Part shown: positions 57,168 through 64,000 of the stretch, piece after piece
How positions within the stretch are numbered: position 1 is the first letter of the stretch
Layout of the letters: each line of letters opens with the position of its first letter
Origin: a virus
Taxonomy: Duplodnaviria > Caudoviricetes
Virus record (IMG/VR): IMGVR_UViG_3300044608_000251
Location: 1,395-65,394 of that record
Strand: one strand, 5' to 3'
Length of the DNA stretch: 64,000 bases
The notes under the pieces: generated by a model
What the model was told of the DNA's origin: nothing
The model's database searches: none
Seen by the model: the letters and a program-made list of their open reading frames with translations, nothing else
Program-made: the position numbers and the translations under genes

Positions 57168-57385
57168 CTAAAAAGTACGAACCACGTAGCAGGACAACCC
57201 TGATTGAGGAGCGCAACCGCAATTCCTTGACCCAACTGCTAACCAGTAAGACACTAACCATTGAGGAGAAGCAAGTCCTTGTCAAAGAACGCAACGAGTA
57301 CCTGTTTATCTTTGGCGATAACCTTACACCGCAAAATGGTAAGTCGTACCACGATTTTATTAACCACCTATATCTAGGAGATTGA
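57164..57385 (+). CDS. hypothetical early protein
   Basis: 73 aa, GAGGA RBS. Confidence 0.6.
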   Translation: MTKKYEPRSRTTLIEERNRNSLTQLLTSKTLTIEEKQVLVKERNEYLFIFGDNLTPQNGKSYHDFINHLYLGD

Positions 57386-57386
57386 C

Positions 57387-57683
57387 ATGGTAAAAGTAAC
57401 TAAACCCGTAGCTAAAGCAAAACCCGTAGCTAAAGCAACCCAGTTGCCACGATCAACACGTGTTAACTACCAAGCAGATGATGCCTTGGCACAATGGCAC
57501 AGGGAGAAAACTAAGAGCAGTATGTCTGAGGCATTTCGTGATGCCGATTACGCCACACCTATTTGGCGTTGTGAAAACGATTGGGATAGAACCAAGGAAC
57601 AACTTGGGTGGGTAGTTATGTGGGTCTGCACTTTGGGTCTGCTCTATCTTATGGGTACGGCGTTTGCCAAGGTGATGCCATGA
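57387..57683 (+). CDS. early protein with C-terminal TM helix
   Basis: AGGAG RBS; KPVAKA duplication; EAF.DADYA motif. Confidence 0.65.
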   Translation: MVKVTKPVAKAKPVAKATQLPRSTRVNYQADDALAQWHREKTKSSMSEAFRDADYATPIWRCENDWDRTKEQLGWVVMWVCTLGLLYLMGTAFAKVMP

Positions 57684-57832
57684 GAACAGGCGACGTGAAA
57701 CGTATCGGGCGAAGAACCTACTGCATAGTCTGTTGGACTGACTACGATGTAACCCTGCAATCTATGGATGAGGAACGCATCATTATCGTGATGCCACGAA
57801 CTCGCCTTGGTGGTCTAAAAACTGGACAGTAG
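57680..57832 (+). CDS. hypothetical early protein (50 aa)
   Basis: ATGA overlap; MRTGDVKRIGRRTY... Confidence 0.5.
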   Translation: MRTGDVKRIGRRTYCIVCWTDYDVTLQSMDEERIIIVMPRTRLGGLKTGQ

Positions 57833-57851
57833 TATCATATTGTCGTATAAT
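57823..57851 (+). promoter_or_regulatory. sigma70 early promoter
   Basis: TGGACA-17-TATAAT. Confidence 0.65.
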
Positions 57852-57932
57852 ATAGTATATAGTGGTAGAGTATAGCAAGATGTATCAAACTAATCGTAGC
57901 AACTAACGCAGTAACCCTACAGGAGAATCATC

Positions 57933-58820
57933 ATGAATCAAAACGTAGCCAACTTCACCGCACCTGCAGTATCCGTACCCACCATCAGTTCATCGGCAAT
58001 GCTTGTCGAATTAAACATTAGCTTATGGACAGGGCGCAAGTTCGACAAGGTAGTAAGTCAAGAGATTGACACCGCTAAACACACTACCACAAGAGCAGGT
58101 AACTATCACAAGAACCTGATCGCTGATGAACCCATCTTCCAAGCCATTGGCAAGTTCGCAGGGAATTCACGGTCATTTCACTACCATGCAACGATGCCTT
58201 GGTCTGATAGTGGTATGCGACTGTTAACCACCAAGATGTATTTTGATTATCACAAGGCAATCAGTCAGATGGAGATGGACTTTGACCAACTCGTAACGGT
58301 AGCCCTGAATGACTATCCCAATATGATACTGAGGGCGCAACACAAACTAGGCACGATGTTCAACGTACACGACTACCCCGATGTCGATGACCTACGCAAT
58401 AAGTATCGATTCTCGGTTAAGTTCAGCCCTGTGCCTGATGTCGGCGATTGGCGAGTGGACATTGGCAATGACGCACAGCAAGTTCTTATGGAGTCATATG
58501 CTTCTGCGTATACAGCTAACCTTGAACTAGCGTACCAAGACGTATGGACTAGGACTCATGAGGCACTAACGAACATGTCATCTAAGTTATCAGGTAACTC
58601 TAAGCAAATCTTTAGGGACTCCCTAGTATCTAACGTCAAGGACATGGTCGACTTATTGGATAAGTTCAACGTGACTGATGACCCGAAAATGAAGCAAGCC
58701 AAGGCAAAGATTGAATCCGCATTGGTAGGTATTACCCCTGACGCATTACGTGAGGATGACGACTTACGTTTAGACACTAAGAACAAGGTCGACGATTTAC
58801 TAAAAGAGTTTTCGTGGTAA
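57933..58820 (+). CDS. DUF3150-like protein
   Basis: LNISLWTGRKFD...T.PWSDSG.RLL...DYP...PVP..GD.R; precedes the AAA/vWA genes. Confidence 0.6.
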   Translation: MNQNVANFTAPAVSVPTISSSAMLVELNISLWTGRKFDKVVSQEIDTAKHTTTRAGNYHKNLIADEPIFQAIGKFAGNSRSFHYHATMPWSDSGMRLLTTKMYFDYHKAISQMEMDFDQLVTVALNDYPNMILRAQHKLGTMFNVHDYPDVDDLRNKYRFSVKFSPVPDVGDWRVDIGNDAQQVLMESYASAYTANLELAYQDVWTRTHEALTNMSSKLSGNSKQIFRDSLVSNVKDMVDLLDKFNVTDDPKMKQAKAKIESALVGITPDALREDDDLRLDTKNKVDDLLKEFSW

Positions 58821-58829
58821 CCGTATTAA

Positions 58830-58906
58830 CCAAGCATCACCCAAGCATCACCCAAGCATCACCCAAGCATCACCCAAGCATCACTTAAGCATCACCCAAG
58901 CATCAC
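58830..58906 (+). repeat. 11-bp tandem repeat x7
   Basis: CCAAGCATCAC x7 (sixth copy TTAAGCATCAC), intergenic. Confidence 0.95.
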
Positions 58907-58956
58907 CCATTAACAACTAACGCAGTAACTTTACAGACAACAACAGGAGAATCCAA

Positions 58957-60078
58957 ATGTCTAAAATAGCAATGACCGCAGAGCGCATGTATGAACAATC
59001 CATCGACGAAGTAGTACAGTCGATTCTAGCAAATCCCGAAGGTACTACCCTAGTGATGGGTCACATGGGTTCGGGTAAGTCAAGCATCTTAAAAATCCTT
59101 GCAAGCAAGCTACCTACCCATGCTCCCTGCTATTTCGATGGCACAACTAAAGACCTCGGTGACTTATACATACCGAAAATCCTATCACACGATGACGATG
59201 CACAGTTCGTACGGTTCGTGCCGAATGAGGAGTTTGGTTTGCATCTAGGTAAGCCCGTCATCTTGATGTTCGATGAGTATGGCAAGATGAATCCCGCAGT
59301 TAAGAACGCAACTATGGAAACGCTACTCAACCATAAGGTAGGTAATAAGAAGTTACCCGAAGGTTCAATCGTGTTTGCAACTACTAACCTAGGTGGCGAG
59401 GGTGTAGGCGATCTGCTCATGCCCCATCATCGTAACCGTATCACCGTAGTGCGTATGAAGAAGCCAACTGCAACCGAGTGGATAGAGAACTATGCGTTTA
59501 ACAATGGTATCCATCCGTCTATGATTATGTGGGTCAAGGAAGAAGGTGAACAACTGTTCGCATCTTATGAGGACATCGAGAACCCTGATGACCAAGTAGG
59601 TGGTAACCCTTACATCTATCATCCCAAGGCACAACGACCTGCGTTTGTAACCCCACGTTCATTAGAACTCGCATCACGTTGGCTATGGGCTAAAGATAAG
59701 ATTAGTGGTAACTCGTTACAGTCTAACCTGATCGGTACTATCGGCGCACGGGGTGGGTCTGATCTGCGTAGCTACATAGAGCTTGTTGACCAACTACCTA
59801 AACAGGAAGATATTAAGACAAACCCTGCTACTGCAAAGATACCAGAATCCGCATCCGCAACAATGATGGTGGTATATCGTGCGTTGGCAACTATGTCTAA
59901 GGAGTTCATCGACCCGTTCATGGTATATCTCAATCGTTTAGATGCCGAGGCACAAGGGTTCTTTGCAATGCAGGTACGCAATCCCAAGTATCAGAAGCAA
60001 GGTATTGTCATGACCAATAAGAAGTTCACCGATTGGTGCGTGGCTAACAACTATGTATTTACCGCCGACAAGGTCTAA
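58957..60078 (+). CDS. MoxR-like AAA+ ATPase
   Basis: GHMGSGKS, LMFDE, ATTN, TPRS. Confidence 0.85.
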   Translation: MSKIAMTAERMYEQSIDEVVQSILANPEGTTLVMGHMGSGKSSILKILASKLPTHAPCYFDGTTKDLGDLYIPKILSHDDDAQFVRFVPNEEFGLHLGKPVILMFDEYGKMNPAVKNATMETLLNHKVGNKKLPEGSIVFATTNLGGEGVGDLLMPHHRNRITVVRMKKPTATEWIENYAFNNGIHPSMIMWVKEEGEQLFASYEDIENPDDQVGGNPYIYHPKAQRPAFVTPRSLELASRWLWAKDKISGNSLQSNLIGTIGARGGSDLRSYIELVDQLPKQEDIKTNPATAKIPESASATMMVVYRALATMSKEFIDPFMVYLNRLDAEAQGFFAMQVRNPKYQKQGIVMTNKKFTDWCVANNYVFTADKV

Positions 60079-60087
60079 GGGGGGTAT

Positions 60088-60210
60088 ATGTGTAGATTAG
60101 AAAAAATCTGTATGGGTGCAGTAGTAACTTGCTTATGCTTGTTCTTACTGACTGTACCTTTTATATTTGTTTACTCAGCATTTAAGGAGCAATTATGTCT
60201 TTATCAATAG
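60088..60210 (+). CDS. small membrane peptide (40 aa)
   Basis: MCRLEKICMGAVVTCLCLFLLTVPFIFVY...; AGGGGGG upstream. Confidence 0.35.
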   Translation: MCRLEKICMGAVVTCLCLFLLTVPFIFVYSAFKEQLCLYQ

Positions 60211-61364
60211 GCAAACAACTAACCGCCGAGCAGAGATTACGCAAGGCAACCACCGACATCATCGGGCATAACGACTTCATTGCACTAACAGGTGTATTGA
60301 TGATTGGTAAGAAGATGGTAGATGACAAGGTACAGACTGCATGCACCAATGGTCGTGACGAAGCATACGGTAGAGCATTTGTAGATGAGCTAACTGATGC
60401 CGAGTTTAGATTCGTGGTACTGCATGAGTGTTATCACAAGATGTATAAACACTTGACCACGTGGAAGAACTTGCACGACATAGATGCTCAACGTGCGAAC
60501 ATGGCATGCGACTACGTCATTAACTTAAAACTTGCCGAAACCGAAGCAGGTAAGACGGGTTGGATACGGTTACCTGATGGTGGGTTAATAGATAAGCAGT
60601 ATGCAGGGATGGACTCTAAGCAGGTGTTCGATCTGTTACCCCCACAAGGTAAGGACAAGGGTGGCAGTAACTATACACCGTTTGATGACCACGATTGGGA
60701 TGGCGCACAGGAGATGGGTGAAGCTGAACAAGGTGAACTAGCCAAGCAGTTAGACCAAGCTATACGTCAGGGTGCGATCTTAGCAGGTAAGGTAGGGTCG
60801 GGTGGTAATCGTGATGTGGGTGAACTGTTACAGACCAAGCAGGATTGGCGTGAAGTCCTCAGAGATTTTGTGACAACAACTTGTGCAGGGAAGGACTACT
60901 CTACATGGAAGCGCCCTAACCGTAGGTATGTGGGCATGGACATCCTGATGCCATCATCTATCAGCGAATCAGTCGGTGAGATCGTGGTAGGTATTGATAC
61001 GTCAGGGTCTATTGGTAATGATGAACTTAACGCATTCCTAGCCGAGATCGTAGGTATCTGTGACCAAGTCAAGCCGAGCAAGGTTCGTGTACTGTATTGG
61101 GACACCGAAGTATGTAGTGAGGAAGTGTACTTAGATCATGAGTATGCCAACTTACCTACATCTACTAAGCCCAAGGGTGGGGGTGGTACTGACCCACGTT
61201 GCGTACCTTTGTATATGAACACACACGGTATCAAGCCCGAAGCAGTAGTCATGCTAACCGATGGGTACGTAGGTTCATGGGGTACGTGGTCTGTGCCTGT
61301 GTTGTGGTGCATCTTGAATAACCGTTCGGTTAACCCAAGCGTGGGTAAAGCCGTACATATCTAG
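60195..61364 (+). CDS. metallopeptidase plus vWA-domain protein (DUF2201-like)
   Basis: LHECYH, NMACDYVIN, IDTSGS MIDAS, GGGGT, LTDG. Confidence 0.85.
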   Translation: MSLSIGKQLTAEQRLRKATTDIIGHNDFIALTGVLMIGKKMVDDKVQTACTNGRDEAYGRAFVDELTDAEFRFVVLHECYHKMYKHLTTWKNLHDIDAQRANMACDYVINLKLAETEAGKTGWIRLPDGGLIDKQYAGMDSKQVFDLLPPQGKDKGGSNYTPFDDHDWDGAQEMGEAEQGELAKQLDQAIRQGAILAGKVGSGGNRDVGELLQTKQDWREVLRDFVTTTCAGKDYSTWKRPNRRYVGMDILMPSSISESVGEIVVGIDTSGSIGNDELNAFLAEIVGICDQVKPSKVRVLYWDTEVCSEEVYLDHEYANLPTSTKPKGGGGTDPRCVPLYMNTHGIKPEAVVMLTDGYVGSWGTWSVPVLWCILNNRSVNPSVGKAVHI

Positions 61365-61372
61365 GGGGTCAT

Positions 61373-61591
61373 ATGGAAATATCTTTTGCTGAAGCGTTCT
61401 TACTCGCATGGTCACTGGTGTCTTCTGTCTATGCGTTGTTGCTACATGAACGCCTTAACAGGTTTGTCATGGTAGGAAGTGCTGCACTTGAAGCGTGTAA
61501 ATTTGTAATAGATGACATTGCTGACGGTAAGGTTACAGTCAAGCGTGTTGGTGACAAGATTGAAGTAGTTAATTTAATAACAGGAGAATAA
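61373..61591 (+). CDS. hypothetical membrane protein
   Basis: N-terminal hydrophobic helix. Confidence 0.55.
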   Translation: MEISFAEAFLLAWSLVSSVYALLLHERLNRFVMVGSAALEACKFVIDDIADGKVTVKRVGDKIEVVNLITGE

Positions 61592-61593
61592 AA

Positions 61594-62493
61594 ATGACAT
61601 GTAGATTAAGTAGTTTTAACGATGTAGCAAAGGCATACGCTGACATCAAGCCGATCAAAGGTGCAAGGGTAAAAGAAGATTTGCGCCCGTTAGAACAACG
61701 TCGGTATTGGTGGAATCGTATTGTCAAAATAAATGACAACAAGTATTTGCTTTGTGACGGTCATTGGGCATGGCAAAACATGGTTGATGAAGAAAGAGAG
61801 CAAACCTGCCCAATCATGTGGGAACGCAAGGATGATGGTGACTTTATTACTATCCGCAACCATATGAATGACGGTATCTCGGTGTCACGGTATACGTTCT
61901 TACAACGTCACTTACCAATGGGTATGTACTTTCATTACGACAACGGTAAACACTTTGTTAACTATGTAGACAAAGACCACTACTTACCCAAGTTCAAGGG
62001 TGATATGGATTGGTCTAACCATATATTTAAGATGGTGCAGGACAACAAGATAGTGTTTAAGCACGTCGATAATGGTGTAGTCGGGCAGGGTTATATACGG
62101 GTCAACGACCTGCAACCCTATAAGACTCGGCGCATTGACAAGGAATTGGATGCACAGTATTACCCCAAAATCCAAGACCTTTATGCGTGGATGCAAGACA
62201 TACTACCTGTACTAGGAGAAACCCTTATATCTAATAGAAGTGAATATGCAAACAAGTTATTAGATACAGGGTACGGTGGCTATTACTATTGGCAGAGGTA
62301 CGCTAACCCATTAGAGATCAGACAGATTCTTGACGACCCTGAACATGAGAAGCGTATGGCATTGGCGGTGGTACTAGCAAATGAAGCAGAAGCCTATTTC
62401 CAAGATAGGTTTGTAGTAAAAGCAGACACCTTTAAGCGTATGCACAAAGTAATACGTAAGGTGGCTAACTTTGTAATGATAGAGCAACGATAG
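61594..62493 (+). CDS. hypothetical early protein
   Basis: 299 aa, AGGAGA RBS. Confidence 0.7.
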   Translation: MTCRLSSFNDVAKAYADIKPIKGARVKEDLRPLEQRRYWWNRIVKINDNKYLLCDGHWAWQNMVDEEREQTCPIMWERKDDGDFITIRNHMNDGISVSRYTFLQRHLPMGMYFHYDNGKHFVNYVDKDHYLPKFKGDMDWSNHIFKMVQDNKIVFKHVDNGVVGQGYIRVNDLQPYKTRRIDKELDAQYYPKIQDLYAWMQDILPVLGETLISNRSEYANKLLDTGYGGYYYWQRYANPLEIRQILDDPEHEKRMALAVVLANEAEAYFQDRFVVKADTFKRMHKVIRKVANFVMIEQR

Positions 62494-62532
62494 ATGTATC
62501 ACCAATTTCATCACTTTCAACAGGAGAATAAC

Positions 62533-63516
62533 ATGGCAAAACTAATAAACATTAAGCAATGGAAAGCCGATTCTAGAGTACAGGAAACCATTAAGACAAT
62601 GGTGGACAGGGCTAACGAGTACAAGTGGGAACACTTTGTCGATGGGATACCCGTAGAGCAAGAACTTAAGACGTTCATGCTTGAACTCAAGACGGTTATG
62701 CCTAACGTATGGTTTATCCCCGTCGATCATATCCTCAAGTCAAAAGAACTAAAGGATGCCGATGGTAACTACCAAACTACCAATAGTTATAGGATAGTTA
62801 AAGAGGTAGGTGTATGCCTTGATGACTTCCCCTTTGATCTAGGGCGCATTAACTTTGCCGATAATAGCGTGAACAATAAGGGCGACAACACCTATGGGGT
62901 ATATAGTCGTAAGATAACTAATGCTAAATATGCACAGCACCGTGACCAACACCATATGATTATGGGTAGAGATGTTAAGAAGGCGGTCAAGAACGCACAG
63001 AAATATCTTATGCCGTACTCAGCTAAAGAGTTAGCTCAGGCGTTCTATTCCCCAATCAGGGAGAACGTAAACGAAGATTTTAGCAAGGTACAAGATAAGG
63101 CGCAGTCTTTGGCAGGGATAGTACGTGCGAACTACAGGGCTATCTTAGAGGAGGTACGCACCCTAAAACGTGCAGGGGTTACGTTTAAGACCGAGGAGTT
63201 TAGAAAGATAGCGGATGACGTAGAAGAAGTCTATGGTGAGTTCGAGGCTGAAAGCAGTAGGAAGGTGGGCGCACTCTTTGTACGGTTCTACAAGGTAGGT
63301 GCAGATTCGTATGTAACCTTACAGGAAGCTATTGATATTAAAGCTAGTTGGAGTACGGCTACTATTAATGGCTCACCTATGGGGTATAGGGCATCGGAGT
63401 TACCACAAGATATTGTAGGGTCTGTGTCTGTGCTAAGTATATTAAACGATGGACAGTACGTAGCCAACGTCGGCATGCGTGTTGATGAGAATCACTTTTG
63501 GATTTGGAGAGGTTAA
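62533..63516 (+). CDS. hypothetical early protein
   Basis: AGGAGA RBS before ATG 62533; C-terminus paralogous to the next gene. Confidence 0.7.
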   Translation: MAKLINIKQWKADSRVQETIKTMVDRANEYKWEHFVDGIPVEQELKTFMLELKTVMPNVWFIPVDHILKSKELKDADGNYQTTNSYRIVKEVGVCLDDFPFDLGRINFADNSVNNKGDNTYGVYSRKITNAKYAQHRDQHHMIMGRDVKKAVKNAQKYLMPYSAKELAQAFYSPIRENVNEDFSKVQDKAQSLAGIVRANYRAILEEVRTLKRAGVTFKTEEFRKIADDVEEVYGEFEAESSRKVGALFVRFYKVGADSYVTLQEAIDIKASWSTATINGSPMGYRASELPQDIVGSVSVLSILNDGQYVANVGMRVDENHFWIWRG

Positions 63517-63517
63517 T

Positions 63518-63949
63518 ATGAGAGGATATATGAGTCCCGAAGCTAAGAAGGAACGGGAGATGTACATCAGTATATTCTGTGATCTAGGTCGTTGCCGATT
63601 CAAGGATGATAATGGTCAAAAGCTAATCTCTGCCCCTGAAGAAGAACTCCTAAGATACTTGGAGATGATGAAAGCAACCCCCGTCTATCGAATCAAGATT
63701 CATGAGGATAGTAGCGTAGAAACAACATGTTACGAAATGATGGATGCTTTTAAACCCGAACTAGATAGGTCTTATAATAATGTTGACGAGTTGCCTAAGT
63801 GGGTGCAAGATAAACTTGCAGTGCTTATGCTATTTGATCATAATGTCACAAACGAAGAAGTTAAAGATGTCGGTAGACGTATTACCGAAAACATTTATTG
63901 GGTGTTTAAAAGAGAAAACGATGGCGGCGACCCCCGAATCGAAAGTTAA
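63518..63949 (+). CDS. hypothetical early protein
   Basis: GGAGAGG RBS; ELP.W...LAVL...VG.RI.E..YWV shared with 62533-63516. Confidence 0.65.
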   Translation: MRGYMSPEAKKEREMYISIFCDLGRCRFKDDNGQKLISAPEEELLRYLEMMKATPVYRIKIHEDSSVETTCYEMMDAFKPELDRSYNNVDELPKWVQDKLAVLMLFDHNVTNEEVKDVGRRITENIYWVFKRENDGGDPRIES

Positions 63950-64000
63950 AAAAGCGGTACGCCAAGTCCTAGATGGGCTTGGCGCTTACTATGTGATGCC
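63921..64000 (+). CDS. VRR-NUC-like nuclease, N-terminal fragment (runs off the window)
   Basis: MAATPESKVKKAVRQVL...GAYYVM typical start. Confidence 0.6.
   Translation, partial: MAATPESKVKKAVRQVLDGLGAYYVM

Noticed and set aside
56231-58906. Repeats as a CRISPR or mini-array
   Set aside because: The tandem repeats have no spacers, the 60-bp element has only two imperfect copies, and there is no cas operon
55406-58936. Operator as a LexA/SOS box
   Set aside because: The beta/gamma-proteobacterial LexA box is CTGT-N8-ACAG; these sites are consistently CTGT-N6-ACAG
265-63476. Numerous antisense and shadow ORFs in the track (e.g. 265-681, 3589-4083, 19950-20429, 25401-25769)
   Set aside because: They lie opposite or inside well-supported genes and have no motifs or RBS

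Overview
The whole window is a near-complete, apparently circularly permuted genome of a tailed dsDNA phage with podovirus-type morphogenesis genes. The host is probably a freshwater Betaproteobacterium; this is inferred from AGGAGA ribosome-binding sites, an RpoD-like region 4 and PhaR-type boxes. Layout: (i) + strand 1-16.2 kb carries a glycan/modification cluster (FkbM-type methyltransferase, radical SAM-SPASM, two glycosyltransferases) followed by replication genes (family A DNA polymerase, exonuclease, SNF2 helicase, SSB-like protein, primase-DUF927 helicase). (ii) - strand 54.5 kb down to 16.2 kb is the late operon (TerS, TerL, portal, GroES, scaffold, capsid, small basic proteins, adaptor/nozzle, Gly-rich fibres, lysis, three large ejection proteins), interrupted by a 3-gene + strand island. 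(iii) 54.5-57 kb is a control region with promoters, repeats and a probable origin. (iv) + strand early genes run from 55.6 to 64 kb and include a DUF3150-like / AAA+ / metallopeptidase-vWA trio. No integrase, tRNA or CRISPR array was seen. The most notable items, none of them in the ORF track: a 49-aa ORF (8471-8620) combining a copy of the phage's own capsid N-terminus with a motif from another head protein; a candidate sRNA (16171-16245) with a 12-14 nt perfect complement to the RBS of several early genes; a 14-bp palindromic operator repeated through the early region; a PhaR-box-controlled phasin-like mini-gene; and two further structured RNAs. All calls were made by eye and no database searches were run.
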